Source: Bacillota bacterium
GTDB lineage: Bacteria > Bacillota > Ch66 > Ch109
Direction of reading: 5' to 3'
Length of the DNA: 64,000 nucleotides
Assembly: GCA_050952625.1 (NCBI GenBank)
Contig: JBMNLH010000005.1
Location: forward strand, 74,636-138,635
Shown here: piece by piece, positions 19,990 to 31,529 of the stretch
Position numbering within the stretch: position 1 is the stretch's first letter
Layout of the letters: each line of letters opens with the position of its first letter
Notes under the pieces: generated by a model
Told to the model about the DNA's origin: nothing
What the model saw: only the letters and a program-made list of their open reading frames with translations
Database searches by the model: none
Translations under genes and position numbers: made by a program

Positions 19990-20292
19990 ATGATTACCAA
20001 TAAGCCAATTGATGGGCTGCTGAATGTATATGGAAAAAACCGGATAGATGCTTCGTCCCGGGTTAAATCGACAGCCGGTATTCAAGGTTCCAAAAGAGAC
20101 CAATTGGAATTATCTGATACAGCTAGGATTTTACAGGTAGCTAATCAGGCTTTGAAGAATACAACGGATATTAGATTAGATAAGGTGGAAGCTTTGCGGG
20201 AAAAGATTGAGAGCGGGCAATATCAGGTGTCGGCTGCTCAGATTGCCGAGGCTATCTTGCGAGAATATGGAAATAATGCTTCTGGCGACTAA
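19990..20292 (+). CDS. flgM: Anti-sigma-28 factor
   Basis: DQLELSDTAR...DIRLDKVEALREKIESGQYQV...IAEAI. Confidence 0.9.
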   Translation: MITNKPIDGLLNVYGKNRIDASSRVKSTAGIQGSKRDQLELSDTARILQVANQALKNTTDIRLDKVEALREKIESGQYQVSAAQIAEAILREYGNNASGD

Positions 20293-20383
20293 ACATTTAT
20301 ACGATGGTATTCAGGGGACTAAAGGCATAGCCCGTTAGTTGCAGGACTTTCGGGCTTTTGTTTTCTTAAGGCGGTGAAGCAGA

Positions 20384-20917
20384 ATGACCGTGGGACAATC
20401 GAGGCCAGCGACCAAAACGGAGAAAATAGAATTAATGGAAAAAATCCTTGAAGCGCAGATTGGCCTCAATAAACATCTCTTAGAGACGGCCCGCCAGAAA
20501 CAGCGGTTGATCATTCAAGGGAATTTACCCGAACTCAACCAGCTCCTGCAAACAGAGGGGCTTCTGATTGGGGAGGCGGTCAAGTTGGAGGCGGAGCGTT
20601 TTGGCCTACAGAGCGAACTGGCTCAGGAACACGGTTTGCCGTCTCAGGAATTAACGCTGGCTCGTATTAAAGAAATTTTCGGTCAAGCCACAGCTCGTTT
20701 GCAACAATTGGGAACAGAGTTGTATCAGGTCCTGGATGAACTTAATCTAGTTAATCAGCAAAATACCACTTTAATTGAGCAGTCTTTGCAGTTTTTGGAG
20801 TATAACATGAATCTTTTAACCGGGATAGGCAATGACCAGGGTGTCTATGGTCAATCTGGCGCGGAGTGTGCGGAGCCACAAGTTAACCGAGCCTGGATAT
20901 TTGATAAGAAAGCCTGA
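20384..20917 (+). CDS. flgN: Flagellar export chaperone
   Basis: Helical protein ending LNLVNQQNTTLIEQSL...FDKKA, located between flgM and flgK. Confidence 0.85.
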   Translation: MTVGQSRPATKTEKIELMEKILEAQIGLNKHLLETARQKQRLIIQGNLPELNQLLQTEGLLIGEAVKLEAERFGLQSELAQEHGLPSQELTLARIKEIFGQATARLQQLGTELYQVLDELNLVNQQNTTLIEQSLQFLEYNMNLLTGIGNDQGVYGQSGAECAEPQVNRAWIFDKKA

Positions 20918-20933
20918 TAGGAGTTGAATTGGG

Positions 20934-22756
20934 GTGGGGTCAACCTTTTTTGGCTTAGAAATCGGACGAAAAGGAATCCAAGCACAGCAACTGGCCTTGA
21001 ATATTACCGGGCATAATATTGCCAACGCTAATACCCCGGGGTTTAGCCGGCAGGTGGGGATAATGGTTACTTCTTACCCGGATAATGTACCCAGTTTAAA
21101 CCGGCCGGCCATGCATGGTTTGATTGGGACCGGGGTGATCATGAATGATATTGTGCGGGTGCGCAACGAGTTTTACGATCGGCAGTTTTGGGATCAGAAC
21201 ATTGACCTGGGCCGCTGGGAAGAACGGCGGAATCAATTGTCCAAGCTGGAATTGGTCTTGAACGAAGGGTCCGAGGCCGGGCTTAGTTCGGTTTATGATA
21301 TGTTCTGGCAGTCGTGGCAGGAACTGGTGAAAAAAGCGGAAAATGAGACCTACCGGACCGTGGTTCGGGACCGGGGAATCGCTCTGGCGGACACCTTGAA
21401 CGAGATTTACGCCCAGCTTAAAGGCTACCGCCAGGAATTAAATCAGACCCTGATCATTAAAAAAGATGAGATTAATAATATCGCCCGGCAGTTAGGCGAA
21501 CTGAATGGTCAAATCCAGGACCTGGAGATTACCGGGAGCCAGGCGAACGATCTGCGGGATAAACGCGACCTGCTGCTGGACCAGCTCTCCAAAATAGTTA
21601 ACATTCGAGTGCAGGAAGGAAGCCGGGGCCTGACTCGGGTCAGTATTGGCGATTATGATCTGGTGGATGGGCTGACGGTGAACCAGTTAACGGTTAAGGC
21701 CCGGGCTCAGGCGGAACGAGGGGTGATTATTCATGACCTCTACTGGGCTGGCACCGGGGAAAAGCTGACGATTGATGACCGCGGCGATATCCGCGGCGGC
21801 GAGTTGCGTTCAATTATTGAGATCAGGGATGGCGATACCACCGAAAATAGCGGTATTCCCTACTATATTCGACAGTTGGATATGATGACTTATCAGACCA
21901 TTCGCCGGATCAACGAGTATCACCGCGCCGGGTTTGGGCTGAACGAGAATCAGGTCCTAGCCGGTTAAGGGTGGCGAGGGAGCGAGCTGGTCAGTCTCGT
22001 TTGACACGAGCGTGGGAGATGTGGTGGACCCTGGGCGGTATAAAATCGAGATGACTGATTCTGCGGGGAATTTCAAGGTGTACCGTTATAAAGATGATGA
22101 TACGCCAAATGCAATCACCGGCACTTGGGAAGAGGTAGTAGGCACTCGGCGGCCCACTGGGGACACCGACTTTACCTGACGGATTAGCGTTAACGAGTAG
22201 GTGATTGACCCGGCCGGGTTCAAGAAGCGGAGATACCTGGGAGTTTTCCGTGGTCATCGATCAGGACGAAAGTGGCAATCCCTTGGATCCGCGGCTGGGT
22301 GGTCCCAACTTTTTCAATGAGATTAACCTGGACGATTTGAACTCAGTCATTACCCTGAACAGTCTCCTGACCGGGGATGAGGGATTAAAACGGATCGCGG
22401 CTTCTCTGATAGAAGGTAAGGAGGGTGATGGGGATAATGCCCTGCGGATCGCCCAGTTAAAGCATGAGCTGGTGATGGGAGATCAGGAGGCCAGTTTTAA
22501 CGATTTTATCCGTTCGGTCGCGGGCAAGCTGGGGGTAGATACCCAGGAAGCCATTCGGGTGACAGAAAACCAGGCCTTGCTGGTGCAGCAGATCGACAAT
22601 CTTCGGCAGGGGGTTTCGTCGGTTTCCCTGGATGAAGAGATGACGAACATGGTCAAGTTCCAGCATGCCTATAATGCCTCGTCCCGTTTAATTACAACCA
22701 TTGATGAGATGATCGATGTGATTGTTAATCGCATGGGGCTGGTAGGCCGCGGCTAA
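20934..22756 (+). CDS. flgK: Flagellar hook-associated protein 1; reading frame broken between about 21955 and 22210
   Basis: N-terminal GHNIANANTPGFSRQ and C-terminal VSLDEEMTNMVKFQHAYNASSR lie in different ORFs. Confidence 0.88.
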
Positions 22757-22859
22757 CTCGCGACATGGGGACAGGTTAACCAAATAAGATGTCTACCGGG
22801 CGTTGGTTAGTATTATTGCGGATTGTGATAGCCAATGCCGGAGTTTGGAGGTGTTGCCA

Positions 22860-24082
22860 GTGCGGATAACTAATACTATGATAATTGGTAATGTAATGCG
22901 GAATTATAACAGTATCACCCGTTTGTTGGACCGCCAGATGCAGCAGCTGTCATCGGGTCGACGTTTTCTGGTTCCCTCTGACGACCCGGTTAGAATGGTC
23001 CAAGCCATGCGGTTGCAAACGAATATGTTTGAGTATAGTCAGTATTTGAAAAACGTGTCCGATGCTCGCTCCTGGGTAGAAACAACCGAGACTGCCTTGG
23101 CCGGGGCGGAAAATATTTTGCAGCGGGTGCGGGAGTTAACGGTGCAAGCGTATAACGACACCCAGAGTCAAGATTCTCGAGAGGCGACAGCCATTGAAAT
23201 CGAGGTCTTGCTGGGGGAACTGAAAAACGTGGGTAATACCTGTTTTGATGGCCGTTACATCTTTAACGGGCAGAATACGACGAAAAATCCATATGAAATG
23301 AGCAAAGATAACGAGGGGTATATAGAGTTTGTCGGTGATACGGGAGAGGGAATTATTGAGTATGAAATCAGTCCGGGGATTAATATTGAGCTTAATGTCC
23401 CGCCCCAAAAAATATATGATAATGGCAGCGTCAATATCCTAAATGAGCTGCGCAACCTCTGTGACGACCTGAGAAACCCCGACTTGGACCTGGTCAATGT
23501 GGTGGGCCGGGGGACGAAGAGTCTGGACAATTCTAGAGAATGACCTGGTTTTCCAAATCAATGACAGTCGAGATAATCAGTCCGTTACCATTACCATTAC
23601 CGGTGGTTCTTCAGCCGAACAGGCAGTAGCCCAAATTAATCAGCAATTAGCTCAGGCGGGCATCAATCAGATTCAGGCTGGTCTGAGTCCCAAAGAACCA
23701 GATTGATTTTTACTCTAAAGGAGGAAACTGACCCTAGCCGGTTTACTATCGCTGATGATTCCGCGAGTCCCGGGGCTTTGGAAAGAGGTCACTGGTATGT
23801 ATCCCGGGTAAAATGATGAGTTACTTAAAGAAAATTGATGTAGGGATCGATAATCTGCTGCGGTGGCAGGGAGAAATGGGGGCGCGGGTTAATCGTTTGG
23901 AGTTGACGGAAAACCGGCTGCAGGAGGTTAACCATTATTCAACAGAACTGATTAACGAACAGGCGTATATTGATTTTGCGGAAATGGTCACGCAGCTGAA
24001 AATGCAGGAGAATCTGCAGCGGGCGGCTCTGGCGGTGGGTGCCCGCATAATTCAGCCGACCTTGATGGACTTTTTACGGTAA
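22860..24082 (+). CDS. flgL: Flagellar hook-associated protein 3; reading frame broken between about 23510 and 23810
   Basis: MRITNTM...QLSSGRR...PSDDP and C-terminal GARVNRLE...GARIIQPTLMDFLR across three ORFs. Confidence 0.88.
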
Positions 24083-24190
24083 AGATTATTAGTCGGCTTT
24101 TCGGTCCGGGTAAGGTAAGCAGATTATTAGTTGTGGCGAGAGTTAGTTTTTCTAAGCTCAGGTTAAGGTGGATTAAGGGGGAATTTATCA

Positions 24191-24691
24191 ATGCGAATCC
24201 AGACATCCCGCTTTGGCGAGTTGGAGATTAAATCAGAGAGGATACTTTTTTTCCCCAAGCCGTTCCTGGGGTTGCCGGACTCACAACAGTTTGTGCTGCT
24301 GGAGACCGGGGCCGATTCCCCATTTAAATGGTTGCAATCTTGCGACGAGCCAGACATCGCTCTGGTGGTGACTGATCCCGAAATATTTTTTGCCGATTAT
24401 GAGGTCAAGCTACGAATGGAGGATGTATCCCACCTCCAGGTAGAGGATGGGGAAGAACTGAAGGTGATGGTGGTCCTGGTGGTTCCGTCCGATCCGAGGA
24501 AAATTACGGCTAACCTGATGGCCCCTGTCATTATTAACCTTAATAAACGCCTAGCCGGCCAGATCATCTTGGCTGATTCCCGTTACAGCACCCGGCACTT
24601 GATTTTTCCCACACTAGCTAACCAGCCGGCAGCGGGAGCAGAAGCAGCCCCTCAACCGGATCTAGCCAGGGTCTCAGGAGGTTTTAAATAG
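24191..24691 (+). CDS. fliW: Flagellar assembly factor / CsrA antagonist
   Basis: TSRFGELEI, FKWLQS and TANLMAPVIIN. Confidence 0.92.
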   Translation: MRIQTSRFGELEIKSERILFFPKPFLGLPDSQQFVLLETGADSPFKWLQSCDEPDIALVVTDPEIFFADYEVKLRMEDVSHLQVEDGEELKVMVVLVVPSDPRKITANLMAPVIINLNKRLAGQIILADSRYSTRHLIFPTLANQPAAGAEAAPQPDLARVSGGFK

Positions 24692-24694
24692 AGC

Positions 24695-24928
24695 ATGTTG
24701 GTATTGACCCGCAAGATAAAAGAAACCCTGGTTATCGGTGAGGATATTCGAGTGACCATCTTGGAAGTGAGCGGCGATCAAGTAAAACTAGGGATTGAAG
24801 CTCCTCGACAGGTTCGGGTCTACCGGCAGGAGGTTTTTGATGCCATTCAGGAGGCTAACCGGCAGGCAGCCCAGGCTTCTTGCGCGGATCTAGCTAGCCT
24901 GGGGAAAATCATCAAACCCACAGAATAA
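24695..24928 (+). CDS. csrA: Carbon storage regulator
   Basis: MLVLTRK..E..VIGEDI...VKLGIEAP..V.VYRQEV. Confidence 0.95.
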   Translation: MLVLTRKIKETLVIGEDIRVTILEVSGDQVKLGIEAPRQVRVYRQEVFDAIQEANRQAAQASCADLASLGKIIKPTE

Positions 24929-25496
24929 GGAAACAGTGGGTTGAGTAGGCGAGTTTTAACGTTCGCTGGGACTATGTTATAATACCCGGGGTGGGCTATA
25001 ACTAAGTGTGTCTGATAAATATATGAAACAAAAAATGATATAGCAGCGAATGGCCTTCCTACCAGGGGGCTTTTTGTGTTTTCAGGAGCAACCGGAGGGA
25101 CGGTTCTTCCGGCCGGAGCAACCGTCCAACCGGAGGGACGCTGCCGGAGAAATGAATCTTCCGGTTGAGGCCGCAAGCGATTTCGTTCTTCTTCCGGTTG
25201 AGGAACCGGTTAATCCTTTAAAAATAACTACACTCGTGTTATCTTTCTGGCGAATAAGAGCACTGTTAATCTAACCATATTCTAATACGATTGGCATGCT
25301 AGACTGAGAGTTATAATAATACGATGATAAAACGATTATTAAACAATAATAAACAACAATAAAATAACAATCATAATACAATAAAAGTTTATAATGTAAG
25401 CCGGATAATCGCTAATTTTTATAAAACTACAGCGATCATGATTTTTCATGTTTCGATGGTGCTAAGGTTATAGTTATCGGTTATAGGGGGGATAAA

Positions 25497-27524
25497 GTGT
25501 CGGCTAAAGTGGGCTTAATCGAATACCTGCGGGACCATCTGCTGATCGGCGACGGGGCGATGGCCACCTGGCTGTACCAGCATGGGGTGCCGATTGGGGT
25601 TTGTTATGAAGAGTTGTGTTTATCGAAACCAGCACTGATTCAGACTGTCCACCGAGAGTACTATGCGGCCGGAGCTCGATTGATTGAGACCAATACCTTT
25701 GGGGCTAATCGGAACGCCCTTAGTCGGTACGGACTGGAGCATTTGTCCTATCGGATCAACTGGAAGGCAGCGGTAATTGCCCGGGAGGCGGTTGGTGAGG
25801 ATGCCTGGGTGGTTGGCAGTATTAGTTCCATCACCGGCGGAGGGATCCGCGACGTGAAGATGGCCGGTTACGCGACCCAGTTTGCGGAGCAGGCAGAAGC
25901 TCTTTTGGCCGGCGGAGTTGACGGGATTATCCTGGAAACGTTTTTAGATCTAGAAGAACTGCTGCTGGCCTTGACTACCCTTCGTCCCCTGACTGCTTTA
26001 CCGATCATTGCGCAGCTGGCTTGCCTGGAGGTTGGTCGCACCAGGGATGGCTATTCCCTGGCCGAGGCGTTTACTTGCTTAGATCGGGCTGGGGCCGATG
26101 TGGTGGGCTTGAATTGCCGGCTGGGGCCAGCGGAAATGCTGCGCTCCTTAGAACAAACCGTGGTCCCTGAGGGAATGCTGTTGTCGATCTTTCCTAATGC
26201 CGGCCGGTTGGGGGTCACTGATGGTGAATATGCTTATACCTCTTCACCGGAATACTTGGCTGAAAAGGCCAGGCACTTTCGGGAACAAGGGGTGCGGCTG
26301 ATCGGAGGCTGCTGCGGCACAACGCCGGCCCATATTCAAGCAGTAGCGGAAGCACTGTGCGGCTTAGCTCCTTTGCCTCGGGTCAATCCGGACCGCGGGG
26401 TCTTGAGAGACGAGAAAGCAGAACAAACCGATGCACCTGGTTATTCGGGCCAACCGGACCAACTAGGCGGTCCAAGTCAACCTGTGCAAATAGGTGAGCT
26501 AGGTCGCCTAGATTGCCCGGATTCAGTTAGGTTAATCTATTTACCGGGTACGGCCGGGCTAGTTCAACCAAGCAGACCGCTCACAACAATTTCTTCTCCA
26601 CCGGCCTTGACTATTGTTGATAAGGTCCGGCAGGGTCCGACGGTCATCGTTGAGTTCGATCCTCCCAAGGATTTGGAGGTTGAGGGCTATTTACGGGGAG
26701 CGGCTAATCTGCAGGATGCCGGCGCGGATGCGATTACCATGGCGGACAACTCTTTGGCCCAGACCCGCATGAGCAATATGGCCTTGGGGGCGATTGTGAA
26801 GCAGAAACTGGGGATTGATCCTTTGATTCACCTGACCTGTCGTGACCGGAATCTAATCGGACAACAGTCGCACTTGATGGGGCTGCACGCCCTGGGGTTG
26901 CATCAGGTGCTGGTGATTACCGGTGACCCGGCTCGCTTCGGTGATCTGCCCGGGGCTAGTTCGGTCTTTGATGTGAATTCTTTTGATTTGATTCGGATGG
27001 TTAAACAGCTTAACGAAGGCATTTCTTTCTCTGGGAACCGGCTGCAGCAGCGGGCTAAGTTTGTGGTGGGAGCAGCGTTTAATCCTCATGTACCCAAATT
27101 TGAGAATGCGCTGCGTCGCTTGGAAAAAAAGATTGAAGCCGGGGCAGATTATATTATGACCCAGCCGGTCTATGACGTAGCAATGATTGAGTTAATCTAT
27201 GAAAGCACCAAACACTTGAACATTCCCATTTTTATCGGAATCATGCCCCTGACCAGTTCGCGAAACGCTGAATTTTTACACAATGAGGTGCCGGGGATCA
27301 GATTGACTGACGCGGCCCGGGAACGGATGCGGCAGTATACCGGCGAGGCGGCGCGGCAGGAAGGGGTGGCGATGGCCAAGGAACTGGTCGAGGCAGCCCA
27401 GCAGTATTTTCAAGGAATATATCTGATTACGCCCTTTGCTTACCACGAGATGACGGCTGAACTAACGCGGTTTGCGAAAAAGAAAGCAAAGAAGACATTG
27501 GCGGCGATAGAACGTGAAAATTAA
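25497..27524 (+). CDS. yitJ: Bifunctional homocysteine S-methyltransferase / 5,10-methylene-THF reductase
   Basis: GDGAMAT, ETNTFGAN, GLNC and IGGCCGTTP, then an MTHFR domain (VEFDPP, HLTCRDRN, KIEAGADYIMTQP). Confidence 0.9.
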   Translation: MSAKVGLIEYLRDHLLIGDGAMATWLYQHGVPIGVCYEELCLSKPALIQTVHREYYAAGARLIETNTFGANRNALSRYGLEHLSYRINWKAAVIAREAVGEDAWVVGSISSITGGGIRDVKMAGYATQFAEQAEALLAGGVDGIILETFLDLEELLLALTTLRPLTALPIIAQLACLEVGRTRDGYSLAEAFTCLDRAGADVVGLNCRLGPAEMLRSLEQTVVPEGMLLSIFPNAGRLGVTDGEYAYTSSPEYLAEKARHFREQGVRLIGGCCGTTPAHIQAVAEALCGLAPLPRVNPDRGVLRDEKAEQTDAPGYSGQPDQLGGPSQPVQIGELGRLDCPDSVRLIYLPGTAGLVQPSRPLTTISSPPALTIVDKVRQGPTVIVEFDPPKDLEVEGYLRGAANLQDAGADAITMADNSLAQTRMSNMALGAIVKQKLGIDPLIHLTCRDRNLIGQQSHLMGLHALGLHQVLVITGDPARFGDLPGASSVFDVNSFDLIRMVKQLNEGISFSGNRLQQRAKFVVGAAFNPHVPKFENALRRLEKKIEAGADYIMTQPVYDVAMIELIYESTKHLNIPIFIGIMPLTSSRNAEFLHNEVPGIRLTDAARERMRQYTGEAARQEGVAMAKELVEAAQQYFQGIYLITPFAYHEMTAELTRFAKKKAKKTLAAIEREN

Positions 27525-27838
27525 TTGTGCCTACCGCTATGAACTAAAACCCAATGCTCCGCAAAAGACGCTCCTTAGTAAGCATGCCGGATGCGCCCGT
27601 TTTGCCTACAACTAGGGTCTAGCTTGACGCATCGCCTTGTACCAGGAAGAAAAGAAGTCTACTAATGCCATTGACCAGCATAGAGAGTTAAACCAACTCA
27701 AAAAGACAGACTTCCCTTGGATGTCTGAGGTTTCAAAAGGTGCGCCGCAGGAACCCCAAATTAGCAAGGCATATCGCAGATGTTGGCTGGGGCGAGTTCA
27801 GACGCATGTTGGAATATAAGGCGCAATGGTATGGCTCA
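27514..27838 (+). pseudogene. tnpB: TnpB (IS607/IS605 OrfB) remnant with nonsense codons and a large internal deletion
   Basis: VKINCAYRYELKPN..QKTLLSKHAGCARFAYN*GLA*...FPWMSEVSK joined directly to [27 protein letters not shown]. Confidence 0.85.
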
Positions 27839-27908
27839 GAACGGGAAATTCTCACTGATAGAAGTGAGCGTGCTAAACTAAGAAGAAGGAAACACGGGGA
27901 GACGAATT

Positions 27909-28988
27909 ATGGCTTTCTTGGATTTGGTTTACTACGGCAACTCAGTTCAAACCTGGCTAATTGCCCTGGCCTTGAGTCTGGTTGTTTTCCTTGGCTTAGA
28001 ATTAGCAAAAAACCTCGTATTCCGCCAACTAGCCGCTTTAGCTCAAAAGACCGATAAAGACTGGGATGATCAACTGGTAAAACTATTGGCGCGTACTCGA
28101 AGCTGGTTTTTATTAGTGCTGTCGATTTATGCCGGTTCCCAGGTTTTAAGCCTGAGCGCGGCTGCCCGAGGCCTGCTGGAAAAAGTGACTGTCTTGGTCT
28201 TGTTGATCCAGGTAGCGATCTGGGGCAATAATCTGATCAATTATCTGATTGGGCGTTACCTGAGAATAACGAGTGAAAAAGACGGCGAGAGTAAAGCCAT
28301 GGTCTCGATTCTAGGTCTTGTAGCAAGAATCGGCCTCTATACGATTATTGTCTTACTGCTGCTGGATAACCTGGGATTTGAGATCAGCACCCTGATTGCT
28401 GGCCTGGGTATCGGGGGGATTGCGATCGCCCTGGCGGCCCAGAATATCTTGAGTGACTTATTTGGCTCCTTAACTATTTTGCTGGACAAACCTTTTGTTG
28501 TCGGGGATTTTATCCTGGTTGACAACTTTTACGGAACAGTGGAGCATATTGGCCTAAAAAGCACCCGGATTCGCAGCCTGGCTGGCGAACAACTGGTGTT
28601 CTCAAACCATGATTTGCTGAACAGCCGCATCCAGAATTACCAGCGGATGCAGGAACGGCGTGTTGTCTTTAGGCTTCGCATTAACTATCAAACCCCTTAT
28701 GAAAAATTAGCGGCCATTCCTTCTTTGCTTAAAGAAATTGTTGAGGCCCAGGGATCTAAAATCCGTTTTGATCGGGCGCACTTCAAAAGTTATGAGCCAT
28801 CTTCTTTGGATTTCGAGATTGTGTATTATGTTTTGTCTGATGACTATTATTTGTATATGGATCTCCAACAGCAAATAAACCTGGCCATCTTCCGTCGCTT
28901 CGCCGAGGAAGGAATTGAGTTTGCCTATCCGACCCAGACCTTGTATCTTAATTCTATTTGTCATTCTGAGCAGAGCGAAGAAGCTTAA
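27909..28988 (+). CDS. mscS: Small-conductance mechanosensitive channel
   Basis: [39 protein letters not shown] and GIEFAYPTQ. Confidence 0.92.
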   Translation: MAFLDLVYYGNSVQTWLIALALSLVVFLGLELAKNLVFRQLAALAQKTDKDWDDQLVKLLARTRSWFLLVLSIYAGSQVLSLSAAARGLLEKVTVLVLLIQVAIWGNNLINYLIGRYLRITSEKDGESKAMVSILGLVARIGLYTIIVLLLLDNLGFEISTLIAGLGIGGIAIALAAQNILSDLFGSLTILLDKPFVVGDFILVDNFYGTVEHIGLKSTRIRSLAGEQLVFSNHDLLNSRIQNYQRMQERRVVFRLRINYQTPYEKLAAIPSLLKEIVEAQGSKIRFDRAHFKSYEPSSLDFEIVYYVLSDDYYLYMDLQQQINLAIFRRFAEEGIEFAYPTQTLYLNSICHSEQSEEA

Positions 28989-30150
28989 CCTTATAGCTTG
29001 CCTCTTCCTCCTGAGGGTCGACGGCAGGCCGGGGATTCTCCACTGCGTTCAGAACGACCCAGAGGTGCGCCTCCCTCGGACTCCAGGCGAAGAAAAGGAG
29101 AAGGGTGGGGAGCAAGTATTCAAAGATGAAGGCAAACGGGGGCCAGGAAGTGGTGATGTGTTTAACGAAGGCAATGTTGCCCCCAAATAAGTAGTAAGTT
29201 AGGGCAACCAGGATTACGCCAAAGGGAAGGACCAGGGGCCGGTAATCCCGCAGGTTCAGCAGTTGAGCAGTACCTAGAACGGTCACATAATAAATGATGG
29301 CAATTTTGGCGTACAAACTGATGACCCAGAAAACCACGGCAATTGATTCCAAGCGTTCGACGACCCCCCCGATGTTTACAATGCGGAGCAGAGAAAAGGT
29401 CGGGAAGGTCATGCGGGATACGGTTGGGCCGAAAAGCAGGGCACTGATGATCGCATTAGCGGTTAATATTACTCCCAGGAAAATGACAGCCCAAATGGCC
29501 CAGCGTTTTCCCTCCTCGGGCCGGGCCAGGTAAGGCAATAACATAGCCAGCAGGATTATTTCCCCTCGCCAGGCATTAGTGGTGAATGTTGCTCGAATAA
29601 CTGGTTCCACTCCGTTTTCGAGCAGCGGCAACAGGCTGTGCGTAAATCCTTTCCCGGTAATCACGGCTAGAATGATCGATCCGACAAAAGCGAGGAAGGT
29701 AATGGGGAAAGTGATTTCGATGGTCCTGGCCAGTACCTCAAGTCCCTCGCGCACGGCCCAGGCGCAAAGCCAAACCATAATAGCCTTTAGAAGGATAGTG
29801 GGAGTCTCCGGGAGGATTAGATTGGGCAGTTCGACGAATTCCCGAACAACCAGGCAATTAGTATAGAAAAAATAGACCAGGTAAAAGAGCCCGACTAATC
29901 TGCCTAGCCAGTTACCCAAAATATTTGGCAGGTACTGGATCAGGGTCTGGCCCGGAAACCTTTTTCCCAGGGAAGTTATAACCAGAGCCACATAGATTCC
30001 AGCCAGCGTGCTTAAGGCCGGGGCCATCCAGGCATCCCGACCGGCCACCTGAAAGCTGATTGCCGGTAAGAACTCCAGGGCGGTGGCACTGACTAAAAAG
30101 ACTAGGATATAGAAGGTCTGAATCCCAGAAATTTTTCCTCTTTCCAGCAT
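28954..30150 (-). CDS. Spore germination receptor B subunit (GerAB/GerKB, APC fold)
   Basis: GKISG.Q, AGRDAW, LPETP, GLEVLAR and ERLES; about 10 TM segments. Confidence 0.88.
   Translation of the reverse strand: MLERGKISGIQTFYILVFLVSATALEFLPAISFQVAGRDAWMAPALSTLAGIYVALVITSLGKRFPGQTLIQYLPNILGNWLGRLVGLFYLVYFFYTNCLVVREFVELPNLILPETPTILLKAIMVWLCAWAVREGLEVLARTIEITFPITFLAFVGSIILAVITGKGFTHSLLPLLENGVEPVIRATFTTNAWRGEIILLAMLLPYLARPEEGKRWAIWAVIFLGVILTANAIISALLFGPTVSRMTFPTFSLLRIVNIGGVVERLESIAVVFWVISLYAKIAIIYYVTVLGTAQLLNLRDYRPLVLPFGVILVALTYYLFGGNIAFVKHITTSWPPFAFIFEYLLPTLLLFFAWSPREAHLWVVLNAVENPRPAVDPQEEEASYKVKLLRSAQNDK
28959..29058. repeat. Long imperfect palindrome, family Z (TGTCAT(C/T)CTGAGC..AGCGAAG...CGCTCAGAATGAC)
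   Basis: Best copy at 61034-61105; half copies at 10480-10552. Resembles CGTC/TGTC-tagged REP-type repeats. Confidence 0.7.
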
Positions 30151-30203
30151 TCGGTTTTTCCTTTCTTGGCTGGGTCCTAATCTAAATCAAAAGGCTCCCG
30201 CTT

Positions 30204-31268
30204 CTAAGGATTATTGGCGGTTGACGGCGCAGCAACAAGCTTCAGGGCTTGAAACATCAAAGGGATGCCGGATTGTACCGCGAGCGAAAATAACGGAAAA
30301 TTGTAGATAATAAACAGGTTATAATCAATATGATTATCAAAAGAAACTAGGGAAAGAACCCCGATAAGCAAGGCCGTGGGCAAAATCAAGGGCTCGGCTC
30401 TGCTCAGTTTGAAAACCTGGCTTAAACCCTGGATCGTGCCATACAGAAAGATGGTCACCTTGATTAAAAAGGTAGTTATCCATAGGATCAGGAACAAGGA
30501 CCCAATTCGACCGATATTTTGGTAAAGACATAATAGTTTATAGCTAAGCTGCGGGGAGAGGTTATTAAAATTACTGTATAGGGCATAGGTCATAAGACTG
30601 ATTATCCCCCAAGCTATCCCAAAGGGAATGGCGATAAACCAAAAGCTGCGTCCAGACTTTTGGGTAAAGGGCAAGAGCACAGTTATAATCAGGACCTCGC
30701 CGAAGACACTGCCTTGAATGATGACTCCATGCAATAAGGATCGCCATTCCTCTAACATTAGAAGCGGGAACTGATGATCCTGGGTAAAGAAGCCGGGGAA
30801 AATTCCGACTGAAACCAGCAGCAGGACCGGGATTACCAGCAGGGTGCTAACGCGAACCAGGGTTTCTAAGCCCAGCTTGATCGCATACGCCCCTAAAAAA
30901 ATAAGGGTCAGGGCAAAGATCAGACTGGGGGTCCGGGGTAGAAACAGGTTCATCAGATTGATAAAATCGCGTAAGTAAACCACAGCCACGGTGATGAAGA
31001 AAAAAACCAGGATCAGCCCAAGCCCGGCTCCTCCCGGGAGTGAATAGCCCATAGCAGTTTGAATCAGGGATTGGTTGGTACCAGCCGGTACCAGACGTAA
31101 CAGCAGCCAACTGTAGGCCAGAGCCAGCAACATGGCTATTAGCCCCGCTGCCCAGGAATTAAGGCCACTAACAGTGGCCAGGGGGAAAGATCAAATGAGC
31201 GGCAGCAGACTGTTAAAAATAACCAAAGAACTCAGTTGAAGCTGGCTGATGGTAATCTTGTTCTTCAT
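30204..31268 (-). pseudogene. Second, divergent GerAB-like subunit with an in-frame TGA at codon 26 (31191-31193)
   Basis: ATG at 31268 overlaps the upstream stop. It reads MKNKITISQLQLSSLVIFNSLLPLI*SFPLA... in frame with ORF 30204..31133 (LPRTP, GLETLVR). Confidence 0.7.
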
Positions 31269-31504
31269 TTTGGTGTACCTTGCAAAATTTTATCTAAATA
31301 TTGACTAACCGGCTGAAAGAGAAAGTCTAAAACGGTTGCCGGATTGGGCAGGGAGAGAGCCAGCACCTGACCATAACTGTAGATCATCCCGATCAGCAAC
31401 AGCACACTAAAAGCAATCAATTCCCGCCACATTCTCTCCTTGATTAACCCGGGTACCTCGTAGGCAATGATGCCTAAGATTATTAGGGCGAGTAAGTATG
31501 GCAC
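31265..31504 (-). CDS. Small membrane protein typical of ger operons (putative D subunit)
   Basis: Two TM helices, EVPGL.K..MWREL and LPNP; sits inside the operon. Confidence 0.75.
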   Translation of the reverse strand: MPYLLALIILGIIAYEVPGLIKERMWRELIAFSVLLLIGMIYSYGQVLALSLPNPATVLDFLFQPVSQYLDKILQGTPK

Positions 31505-31529
31505 CAGCTATCTCTCCCCGCTTCTGGCT

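Noticed and set aside
4650-24082. Frameshifts in GH65, galU (x2), flgK and flgL as programmed frameshifting, phase variation or true pseudogenes
   Set aside because: Those I could resolve (GH65, galU) are isolated single extra bases in otherwise conserved genes with intact neighbours. Long-read consensus error is the simpler explanation; raw reads are needed.
25220-25496. SAM (S-box) riboswitch expected upstream of yitJ
   Set aside because: No TTATC-AGAG...GGCAACC...GTGC core is visible; the region is an AT-rich AAC/AAT low-complexity tract.
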